The position numbers were made by a program, and so were the translations under genes. Of a DNA stretch of 64,000 nt, positions 12,842-23,476 are shown piece after piece. The notes below the pieces were generated by a model, which did no database searches, was not told the DNA's origin, and worked only from the letters and a program-made list of their open reading frames with translations. Source of the DNA: Takakia lepidozioides (taxonomy: Eukaryota; Plantae; Bryophyta). Location: positions 23,374,001 to 23,438,000 of the forward strand of contig CM060732.1 of assembly GCA_030704615.1 (NCBI GenBank), read 5' to 3'. Every line of letters begins with the position of its first letter. The stretch's first letter is position 1.

Positions 12842-14010
12842 CTAAGCCCTCTTCATGTTCTTCTCTGGCCAAAGACAATTCAGACCAACGACATCCTCCA
12901 ACATTGTTTGCGGTGGGACCTCCTCCTTGTTAGGGTGAGGCAAGACACAATTGGCAATATAGATATCACTCACCTCAACCCGCCACGATCCCTCAGGTAT
13001 AACACGGCAGTGATATGTATCTTTGCCAGGCACACCAGTGACAATTCCAGTGGCAGCCCTGTGTCGTGGTAAATGAGGATCATACAGGCTGATTTTGTCC
13101 TTCAACTTAAACTGCACACAACACCCACCATAAAACTCACATTAATCAACCCATGAAGACATACATGTACATTGAAAACTAGATAATGAGGACCGCCCAG
13201 TATAAGCAATCACTGAAAGTGTAGAGTACTTTTGGTAGCATAAGAATATTTGCCACTGTAGCACGGGGTTGATATTTGGGGGTTGCCTTTGAAGGCGCCG
13301 CAGTTGGTGCACTGTCGGTGGCAGTATCAAGAGCGGCTTTCTTAGCCTGCAAACATCACGCCCAACACCCTTAGCAGTTTCATTTAGCAATGCATCTACT
13401 AATAGTTTGAAGTACCCAACATGGAAATGACCACATTGTACAGAACTGATAGCCAACAGGTGCATGCATGCTCACCTCTAGTACGGAAACTGCTGCATGG
13501 AGAGGTGCCTCCTGAAGGCCCACCCGACTCTTACTCCCGCTAGAACTTGGTGTTATGTCACCATTTGCATCAGTCAAGGACTTTGTGCCTTTGGCAGCAG
13601 TGGCTCTGGTTACACGCTCTCCTTTTCGTATGTACTTCTTCTCAGCTCCCTTCACGATGGCTGGGGCAGAGTCCTCTGCTTTAGTCCCCTTCTACATGCC
13701 AACAAAACAACAAGGTATAGTACATGAGTATGTCTTACCATACTTGATGCATAGAATTCATGGCACACACCAATAAAAGGGGGGCCTGCCCACTGTCCAC
13801 CAGCGGCGTTGCATGGACGGTTCCAAGTTTGGGCACCTCCTTGTACAGGTCCCAAGTTTGGGCACCTCCTCCAGGTAGGTGCTCCTTGCTGCAGCCACAT
13901 TTGCCCACCTCTAGATTGCACCCATGGGCCATCCGGGCCTTGTTGCACCCATGTCGTAGGTGGACCAGTAGCATTCGCCACAGCCTCAGTCCCCCCTTCC
14001 TTTGCGTGCT
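12842..14010 (-). CDS. Spliced CACTA TnpA/ORF2-like gene, 3' exons (Tnp1/En/Spm-like C-terminal domain)
   Basis: Candidate exons ~13740-14010, ~13476-13692, ~13255-13346 and 12842-13111 with plausible splice sites. The last exon FKLKDKISLYD...AATGIV...YHCRVIPEGSWRVEV...LPHP...LEDVVG...LWP fits the CACTA-associated domain pattern. Confidence 0.55.
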
Positions 14011-15175
14011 TTGATACAGCCTAACACAAGCCCCTCCACCCCACAAAGTTAGCAATGATGGAAAATAAGGTCAACCGGGCAACGAGCAAGGTCGGCAGTT
14101 CGTGAACGCATATAAACCTTGGCCCAACGTGCCAAGAAAAGTTTGGCATGCAATGGCGTGAATTCATGGAATGTCATGCTCTGGTGCCCTAGCACCACAT
14201 CCATTCAGTATTAAAACCCTAACACATGTTCTAACCCTTTGAAATTTAATCCAACAGTCAAGCCATACATAGTCCAACTCGTAAGCCATTCATCTTTCTA
14301 ACAAAGTTTCCAGGTCATTCACATTTAGGAAAGAACCAAGGTTTGATATATAACATGTACCACCATATATGCAGATTGTAAACTCATCACAAAAGCAGAT
14401 TGTAGGTCTGGAGATAAATCTCCGGAACCAGGCTCAAAGCATATCAGGTTCGAAATGAAACAATCAACCACTCATGCCTTAAGTTCACAAGCCAATCATA
14501 GTAGTAATAGGCTTGGTTATATAAACCAATCACCATCTCAGTCACTGTAAGCATATACATTTCATGAGCCATTCTCCAACCTCTCTCTCACTCTCAGTCC
14601 AGCCCCACACACTCCCTTCTCCATCAGTTCATCACTCCAAAGATCATTCCTCCGCCATACATCCCAGTCTCTTACTCATTTAGATTTACCCTAAACCTTG
14701 CTCAGTTCTGCCTCTACCTCTGCTTTACACAAAACCCTACCCTAAACCCTACATGTCATGAAAATGCTCAATTGCTTCCACAATCTGAGAGGAACTAAGG
14801 GTGAGATTGTATTCATAAGACGTTGTTTGCCGTAGCCTTGTGGCCATTGACCCCGCGCCCAGTTTGAGCGGGAACAAAAGGAACAGAACCTACCTCTGTC
14901 AGGGGCTGACGTTGGTAGTAAGACTTACCTTCATATAAAGACCACATGTCCTCCTTCCAACTAAGTTCAGCAGATGTTCAACAATCCTTTCACCATCTCT
15001 TCACACAAGACATCCCCTACTTTAATGATTGTATCGCTGGCATGAGCAACATCTAAAGGCAGTACACCAACAACACTTCACCAGCAGAGACACCCATTCC
15101 ATAGCACTCAAGCACTTTCATGACCTCCTACTGTAATTTAGAATGCTGTTCCTTCTCCCATGAGTATCAAACCCC

Positions 15176-15515
15176 GCGATCGCGGTTGTCCCACCATCGT
15201 GCATGCCTTCATGCCCCGATTCTAGGGCTTGAGTCCCTGTCTGCCCCCTATCCCACCAGCTCCGCTCGTCATTGTACATTGAGAAAAGCCACACCTTGCG
15301 ATCGCGGTTGTCCCATCATCGTGCACGCCTTCATGCCCCAATTCTAGGTCTTGAGTCCCTGTCTGCCCCCTATCCCACCAGCTTTGCTCGTCATTGTACA
15401 TTGAGAAAAAGCCACACCTTGCGATCGCGGTTGTCCTACCATCGTGCACACCTTCATGCCCCGATTCTAGGTCTTGAGTCCATGTTTGTCCCTATCCCAC
15501 CAGCTCCGCTCGTCG
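15176..15515. repeat. Tandem repeat, ~122-bp unit x ~2.8, inside the CACTA element
   Basis: GCGATCGCGGTTGTCC starts at 15176, 15298 and 15421. Confidence 0.92.
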
Positions 15516-16618
15516 TCTCTCATGATCAGACTCGACACTATAAGAAAACAAACATAGCTCTGTCATGTTTGTCTTTCACGATCAAACTCGACACAAAGAA
15601 AACAAACAGATGCCACAATGGCAGGGCAGACAAAAAAAACGCGAAGTCCCCTCACTCATGACTGGATGGATGAATGTAGCGATAGATGGATGGATTTTGG
15701 GTTTTCCATCAACACACAAACCACTAAAGTTTTTCACCACATAAGTAATACCAATCACTGGTGTGTATGTAATCACTAACGCGTAACCACTCTGCTAGTG
15801 GTTCCAACCACTAGCAGAGTGGTTCTAGTTACTAAATGGTCTGTAACCACTCACTCTACACCACTCTCAAAGTGGTACCAATCAATGGGGGTCTTTAACC
15901 ACTCCAGATCTACGTATACTGTCCCCGTCCACGTGGAATAATATAGTTCATAATTAATTTTGAAATGATAAATCTTAAATAAAAATTGAATTATTACACA
16001 TGGAGTAGCAAGTGGTTTCAATCACCTCCCATCACTCAGGTGTCTTCAACCACTCACAACCCACCCCAGAAGTAGTACCAATCACTCACGTGTATGTAAC
16101 CACTCACAAGTGCCCACTTGAAGAGTGGTTCCAGTTACAAAAGGGTCTTAACCACTCACATTCCACCACTGTGCAAGTGGTACCAATCACTGGGGGGTCT
16201 TTAACCACTCCAGATCTATGTATATTATCATCGTCCACGTGGAACAATATATTTTGAAATGATAAAAATCTAAAAAAAAAATTATTACACGTGGAGTAGA
16301 AAGTGGTTTCAACCACTTCCCATCACTGAGGTGTCTTTAACCACTCATAATTTATCACTGTACCGGTCCATGTCGGATATTATCATTATTAATATAAATA
16401 TTTGACCAAATGTCGAATAATAAATATAAAATTAAATATTACACGTGGATTACTTAGTGGATGAAACCACTTCCAACCACTCCATATGATGCCACCGTGG
16501 CATTTCATCGGAATTAACCACTGACCAGTGGTTACCATTACTTGGAGTGATTTATAGAGTGATAAAAGACAAGAGTGGTTAAGGGGGCCAGTGGTTATTC
16601 CGCGTTTTTCTTCTAGTG

Positions 16619-18226
16619 GAAGGAAGCCAATAATTTGGCTGCTGCCTATGCGGCCCTGGTTGAACCTTATGCGAAGCGCATTGAGGCTTTACAGCAGCAG
16701 TTAGATGTGTACAGACTCAAGGAGGAGCAGGCTCTCAGGGGTGCTACACAGGACTTGGTGGATAATCATCTTATGCAAGTATGGTTAACACAAGGCCCGG
16801 TAGAAGGGAAGGCACCACGGAAGCTCACTCAAGGGGAGATGAATGATCTTAGATTGCAGGTGCAGAAAAACATTGCCACACTACTATAGATAGCGGAGTT
16901 ACATGATGATATGGAAGGCCTGCAAACTCAAGTGGATGACCTAAGTTCCAATATTGACAAAAGAGTCTTTGTTCCTAAGGAGCAGCTGGTGGCTACTTAT
17001 TTGCATGCCAGGACTCTGATTTTCCAGTCTTCATCACAGGAGGTGCAAGAGTTGCCAACAGTAGGAGGGACAGCGGCGGCAATATCACAACCTCTATAGC
17101 AGGTGGCTGTGTAGGTGGCTGACACTGTTGATACCATGGCGCCACCACAGTCTGAGGTTTGGGGGGATGCTGCTTTCAACCCACCTAGGACTCCTGCTGC
17201 GCGGGCAATCGGGCTATGATTATGCCCTTCAACCAAATTCTCATTGTGATGGATTTGGCTTGGAAGGAATTCAGTCCTCCACAATCTTTGGCACATTATT
17301 ACCAAATCATGCGCATTTGGTTGCCAGTGGCAACTCGGACTAAGGTTCTTCCGAACAATCGACCCATTGAGGATCATCATTTTGCAAGGTACTGGTCTGA
17401 GGCAAGCACCATGCTGAAGGAATTAATTGCCTTCCAGGTTGTTCATGGGTACATTTATACCAAGACCAAGGAGGTATCTAGTATTGTCATGGGCTGTGGA
17501 TTGTACTATGTTGCTTGTTTCATGGCATGTTATCACATTGAGCAGCAGAAGATGCAATCACGATTTTTGAGTTATTCCAGGGGGGAGCATTGGGTCTTAC
17601 CTTCAGTTCCACCCCATATGTATCTCTATGATGCGAAAGTCATGATGCAGAAAGATTCCCAGCTTCGTTCATGGTTTAATTTGGCTTGGAACAACTTGGT
17701 CAAAGAAAAATTGGGCCCTGATGATATTTTCTATAATGGACATGAAGCTTGGAAATACTTACACTGTTCCAAAGTCATTGGCACACCTCTCACCTATACG
17801 GCCAAGGAGTTCAGGGAGTTCACTTATTTTGCTTGCAAGCATTTACAACAAGTAGTACAGTTTAAGCTTCCAGACATGGTGGGCCAACATTGTATACCAC
17901 ACAGGATTCCGGAGGAGCCACTTAAAGTTCGGCCGCCAAAACACCTCCGGGGGGAAGATGATTATGATACTATTGGTTCTTCAGAGGAACCTTTTGACAT
18001 GGCGGAGGACTATGCACTTCAGATGGCAGAGAAGAAACGACGGGGATCTCCTATACCTGAGAGGTTACCTCGTTATCAACCACAGGCGGGTCAGACATTT
18101 CCATTTGGTGCTCCATCACCTCCATCAGCCAGTGACTGGGCTCGAGCTCGCATACAGAGCCCTTCAAGAGACTCTCACCGTCAGAAGGGTGCTCGCTCAC
18201 AAAGGTTTGCTGATCCTAAGCAGTAA
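16619..18226 (+). pseudogene. Element B post-integrase accessory coding region, part 2
   Basis: Removing the CACTA and one TSD copy joins ...ANKTW (2526 side) to KEANNLAAAYAALVEP in frame. TAG stops at 16887, 17097 and 17112, then a frameshift into the 336-aa ORF 17216-18226. Confidence 0.75.
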
Positions 18227-18247
18227 ACCGTGAGGACACGGTTTTTT

Positions 18248-18264
18248 GAGAGGGGGAGGGGTAA
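18248..18264 (+). promoter_or_regulatory. Polypurine tract of element B
   Basis: GAGAGGGGGAGGGGTAA lies directly before the TG of the 3' LTR. Confidence 0.85.
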
Positions 18265-19204
18265 TGTTAGAGGGCTGTTTGGGACTTAGACGCTTTTACG
18301 GGTTCTGTGGAGTACCCTTAATTTTGCGCAGACTTACAGATGGTAGACTTAGGCCACACAGGTTTAGGGGTGGTAGACAGGCTCACACAGTCAAGTCATG
18401 GGTTATCACAGTCCGACACAACCCGTCACAGTCTATCACAGCTTATCACAGCTCGACACAGCTACGCACAGCCAGTCATAGCACGACACAGCCCGACACA
18501 GCTTTACACAACCAGTCACAGCTCGGCACAGTCACAGCCCAACACAGTTTAGGGTCACAGCGCACGGAGGGAACGATTATCATTAGCAGGGAACTACTGT
18601 GTGGGAACAACATCTGCAGAGGGAACGTGTTACTTCAGGGGTGACAGTTAGTTAGTTAGGCGGTTGGAACAACTTGCAGGTAGATTAGGCAGAGCAGCAC
18701 CAGGGAGGGTTTCACTTCACGGGGAGCGCTTCTTGGACATGCAGGAGAGGAGATCAGGCAGAGAGCAAGAACGGGAGCAAGGATGGAGAGCGGTGAAGGA
18801 GGAAAAATGAACAGTAGATGCTTGTTACATGCAAAGCTGTAGTGATACTGTAGGTCAGATTGGAGACACCAATGCATTGGCTTGATACCTAATAAATCAT
18901 AATCTGATACTTATTCGATACAATCACACTGTGTAGAGAGACATGAGTAAAGCTGTGGAATGAATGGATGAGTGAATGGAACCTGGTAGATACTGAAGCA
19001 AACTCTGGTTCAGTATACACAGTAAGATAATTGCTAACATGAAGGCAAGAAGAAATTCAAATAGGAAGCACAACCATGATTCACTAGCTGTAGGTCATGA
19101 CTGATTGTTCTGAGCGGGTTGAGTGCTTAGAGATATCCAACTCTTCTATCTTGGAGTTTCCACCTCGGATAGCAAAGGGATGGGTGAGTAAAAGCCACTT
19201 GACA
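18265..19204 (+). repeat. Element B 3' LTR (intact, 940 bp)
   Basis: TG...CA ends; matches 11854-12337 plus the reverse complement of 10496-10954. Confidence 0.95.
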
Positions 19205-19900
19205 GTCATGCACAGATCACATGTCCTGGCTTTCACTTTGAGGCCTGCTCCTCTAAGTCTGCACAAAATCCGCTTCAGATCCAATATGTGAGAATCAAAG
19301 TCAGCTAAGTAAACATTGATGTCATCAACATATACCAAAGCACATTCCTAGCGTAAGTTCCCTAGAACCACATCCATGAGACGCTGAAAGGTGGCAGTGG
19401 CATTACATAACCCAAAAGACATTGTTTTAAACTGAAAAAGGCCCATCTTACAGGTGAACGCAGTCTTCTCCTTGGCTGATTCAGTGAGTGGAACCTGCCA
19501 AAAGCCCACAACAAGACCAAGGAAGAGAAGAGAGTGACACCATTGAGTTGATCCAAAGTATCATTAATGCGAGGTAAGGGATATACATCCTTTTTGGTCA
19601 GGGCATTGAGACGTCTGAAATCAACACAGAAACGTGTGGTACCATCTTTCTTGGCAACCAACATGATGGGAGTGGCCCAGGGGGAAATAGAGGGTTTAGT
19701 AACTCCTGCATCAAGCATCTTGGTCAGTTCGGTTTGCATGATTTCTCGCTCTTTGACGCTTTCTCTATAAGCATATTGTTTGACAGGGCTACCCTCAGTG
19801 ACAATATCATGCTGAAGAACATCTGTACGACCCAAGTCATGAGAACCAGCACTGAAAACATCAAGATTGTCACGAATAACATGGTATAGTCAAGTCTTTT
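19205..19900 (-). pseudogene. Element A reverse transcriptase, N-terminal part
   Basis: SPWATPIMLVAKKDGTTRFCVDFRRLNALTKKDVYPLPRI and VYVDDI. Confidence 0.93.
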
Positions 19901-20064
19901 CATTTTCAGTGAGACTAGAGCCTATTTTGATATCATTCATGACCTGGTCAAGATGAGCATATTGCGCAGGAGTGAGGGGGGTGACCTTAGGTGCAACCAC
20001 GGATTGTGCCAAGAGATGCAAGTGATCTACAGGGATCATCAGACAGGCCAATGTCAACAAAACT

Positions 20065-20375
20065 TAATGCATGTTGCACCTCTCCCAAATCTGTCAAAGG
20101 GGTGGCAGTGAATCGTGCTAAGACCTGACCCTTGCGGATGGTGATAGGTATGCGTTCTGGATTGGCAACAAGAAGTCTGAGCTCCCCTCTAAAGCCCCCA
20201 GATGCAATCAAGCAATGTTTGGAAGCAATAAACGTTTCCATCCTTCAACCCCAAGATAACTACCTTGGGGACAAAGAAATGTGAGGCCAAGAGAAACAAT
20301 CTTTTGGGAAGAGACAAGTATAACAAAGTCAGTTGGATTGCGAAGAAGAGTGGTGTTACCTGGGATTGGAATGGG
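20065..20375 (-). pseudogene. dUTPase-like domain of element A (degenerate, frameshifted)
   Basis: TDFVILVSSQKIVSLGLTFLCPQGSYLGVEG and LIASGGFRGELRLLVANPERIPITIRKGQVLARFTATP follow the trimeric dUTPase pattern. Confidence 0.6.
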
Positions 20376-20559
20376 AGGGCCACTCTTCTTACCAGGCAAA
20401 GGTGGCTGCCACTGATACAAGGTGGAAGGAGTTGTCTTGGCAAAGTTAAAGTATCGTGTCCAGTTGTATTGCTCACCAGCCTTGTTTCAGCAACAATGGT
20501 TCACATGTGAGAGAGATGCGCAGTGGCACAACCAGCGGGCAAGGAAGAGAGCTGAGCTG

Positions 20560-20910
20560 CACCTTGTGGGGTGAGGAGTTGCCACTGGCAAACCACATTA
20601 TGTTTTCAACCACATCAATTTTGGCCCCTGCAGCACACATCCAATCCAAGCCCAACAACAATTGCTCGCCAATGGTAACTATACAAGTCAGTGTGACCGA
20701 CTTGCAACTGACCTTGATAGGGATGGTGACCAAACCTAGGGGCTCATAACGCGTGCCATCTGCAATGGTCACCTGCAGACCTGTGGCTGGGGTGAGCTTG
20801 AGACCAAGTAGTCGAACCACTGACAATGGAACAACAAACATGGTGCAGCCTATGTCAACAACACATGGAAACGAGAGGTGCCCTATGTGACATTGAGTCA
20901 TGAGAGGGTG
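20560..20910 (-). pseudogene. Element A aspartic protease
   Basis: FPCVVDIGC (D-T/S-G altered) ... VTIADG ... LLLGLDWM ... KID. Confidence 0.85.
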
Positions 20911-21106
20911 AACTCTTTCCTTCCTAAGCTTCATGTTGGCTTCACAATGCATCAATTTGAATTCATTGGACAACATCACAAAAACAACAGATTCACCTTT
21001 GGCATTGTTTTTGGGATACTGACCGCTTGGCCCCTTCACAAGCGATCTGTTTGTTTAAAGGTTGTTTACCCTTCTGTTCACGTTGGATTCGTTTGTGTTC
21101 TTCAAT

Positions 21107-22411
21107 CATACCACGGACAAGATCGACATAGATGCAGAATCAGGTCCAATGCTCCAGTGACCCACAAATGAAACAGGCCACACGTTTACCTTTAACCTCA
21201 TACCGCGTGCCAGTTCGAGTATGGCCACAATGAGAGTCAGCAGGAGGAGGCTTGGCAGGTGCTGCCCTCCATGATCGTTCTGCCTTGACAGCCTGAAGCT
21301 GAGTGTGCAGCTCTTGCTGTAAGGTCTTAACCTCCTCCAGTAATGTAGGAGAAGCCTTTGTAGAACCACCCTTAACCCTAGCAACCCCATGAGAACATTC
21401 GGAAGTATGTTGATGAGCAGAATGACCGACAGGCATACAACTCTTGCCTAGTTTAGCATTCTTTAACCTCATGCGCTCATCCATCATCTCTACCATATGC
21501 CTCTCATTCCGATAAGGATTTTTTTTTCAAGTAGACCTGATCGGAGGCATGTAACCCTGTAATGAAGTAGGTTTTGAGTATGATAGTGCGTTCAGAGGGT
21601 ACCAGAATGGCCTTCACTACCGTGGTTTTCAAGTCAGTGTAGTATTTCCAGATACTCTCACTAGGTTGATAAGGGTGATCGGGCAAGGTGTAGTTGATGG
21701 GTGTGTCTGCACTAAACAATTGAAGCGCCAACTGCTTGGCCACTCCCCATCGCAACTCACCCTGATCCTTGATACTAGCTTCAACATGCATAGTATGAGG
21801 GAAATGAGAGACGGGAATGCCTGCAACATGGTCATCCCAAGTTATGTCCACATTGTAGTTAGGTTTCCAGGTGGGCCTTAGATTGGCCAAGACAAGAGAA
21901 CTGCCACCTTTCACCGGCTCCCACAGACTGGGCAAATTGGGCGGAAGGAAGTTCTTGCACTCTCCAGAAACCTCCCCAGCTCTGTGAACTGCGGAACACC
22001 AACTTCAGCCCACGAGAGCCACCAACCCTTCAATAGCTTGTCTTTGGCCTCAGTTAATAGAAGCTTGCGTGCTATCTCCGTAGCAAAGAGACGCTGTAGG
22101 GCTTTGGCCACTCTGGCCCCTTCAAACGCCTAGATGCACTTTCGCCTTTGCTCCGCTTCTTCTTCCGGAGTATGGGTGGGCTTAAGACCCTCCAATGCAA
22201 CGGTCAACTCAAACTGAGCCACCCAGTGATCAGAAGGCGTGTCTAGGACCAATTCAGGGCGTTCAACCGGAGCACCAAGAGGCGGATAATCGACTTCAAC
22301 CACTAGGCTAAGATCCACCGAAGCACGCATGATGCTGGCAAAATGACCAGTGGGAGTTTCTTTGTATGCGTTAAGCTCAGCTTTAGTCTGAGGATTAGAA
22401 GACGAGGCCAT
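21107..22411 (-). pseudogene. Element A gag region (degenerate)
   Basis: Chain of ORF fragments from MASSSNPQ at 22411, just after the PBS, to the zinc knuckle CFICGSLEHW. Confidence 0.65.
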
Positions 22412-22501
22412 CGCTGCAGGTCATAGAAACACAAGCAAATACTACGAAAGCAAGGAGCAAGCAAAAACACGAGCGAGAACTGAAACAGTAGAGCGCCGCC
22501 A

Positions 22502-23089
22502 TGACAACATTGTCAGTGTACATCTACCCGTTGTACAAGGAAGGAATGTGTAGCTAATGATTAACGAAATCTTGCCCCCCCTTCTCCACCAAGATTCTCG
22601 CCCACCCTGTTATTCCTCTTCTTCTAGGGGTATTGAGCTATCATGGGGATGTAAGCTCGATAAAGCAGGCTAGCGAGATAGGCAGGATCCAACGGAGAGA
22701 AGTCAAAATCATTCACACGGACTAGTAGTACATCCTCACTCACACCTTCTTCATCCAAACCTTGCACACAGGTACACTAAGGTTAACACACCAAATGTAC
22801 ACAGCCGCCTTAAGCGTCGTGCTGATCCCTTTTATAAACAAAGGCCCACAAACTTATCCAACAGAGTGACAAGCCCTGATTGGTTGTTTGGATTCCAGCC
22901 GGGTGCCTGTCCAGATAGGACACCACCTCATTCTAACTTAGAGCTAAGCTAGCTGTTAATATAAGACAACACTTAGTTAAAAATAGATTGTTTCCAGCTG
23001 GTTTCATCCTAGCCCTTTTCCAATGGTCATTCATCCAACGTCTGTCCATCCAAATGTCGAAAAGAGGCAGAGCGAATCTAGCCATTACA
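22502..23089 (-). repeat. 5' LTR of element A (588 bp)
   Basis: On the minus strand it reads TGTAATGG...GTTGTCA, immediately followed by PBS-like TGGCGGCGCTC (22491-22501). Confidence 0.8.
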
Positions 23090-23296
23090 GAGCGACTGCT
23101 TACAAATCAGGCCCCTCAATTATAGTGAACTTCTCTTATCACCTGCAGCTCATGGACAATTGCCAAATTAATGCCAATTTAATCTGATAAGACATTGTCA
23201 ATCCTACCACATAACATTCTCGTCTTGCATGGGCTCTCTTGTAGGGAGAGACTTTGCGGAAACATGCAAGTCAATAGAGAAAATGTGGTCAAAGTA

Positions 23297-23476
23297 TTGA
23301 CAACTAGCATATAGCCCAGTGGTAATGGGCACATACCACGTTGGACGTGGTTGTGGGTTCAAACCACGCTCTAGTGTGTCATGAAGGTGTCCACCTTTCA
23401 GCTGGAAGGCAGTAGCCCTTGTGGTGAAGAGACACCATAAGTTATGCTCCTGCAGGAGGCGTCATACCTTTTTTTT
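23297..23476 (+). mobile_element. tRNA-derived SINE with T-tail
   Basis: A box TAGCCCAGTGG, B box GGTTCAAACC, tRNA-like stems, an oligo-T end and an 11-bp TSD TGGTCAAAGTA (23286-23296 and 23477-23487). Confidence 0.85.

Larger units (their letters stand above)
12338..16618. mobile_element. Non-autonomous CACTA element: body and right arm
   Basis: Right TIR at 16590-16618. TSD GAA at 16619-16621 equals the reverse complement of TTC at 2526-2528. ACCACT subterminal arrays at 12338-12700 and 15720-16600. No DDE transposase seen. Confidence 0.88.
1..23089 (-). mobile_element. Ty3/gypsy LTR retrotransposon 'A' (decayed; outer element of the nest; 3' LTR runs off the left edge)
   Basis: Bases 1-156 match ~22936-23089 (about 8 substitutions and 1 indel) and both copies end at ...GCCATTACA. 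Minus-strand domain order is gag-PR-(dUTPase-like)-RT-RNaseH-INT, broken by stops, frameshifts and the B insertion. Confidence 0.92.

Noticed and set aside
15176-15515. Regularly spaced repeats as a CRISPR-like array
   Set aside because: The whole unit repeats with no unique spacers; it is a tandem repeat inside a eukaryotic TE.
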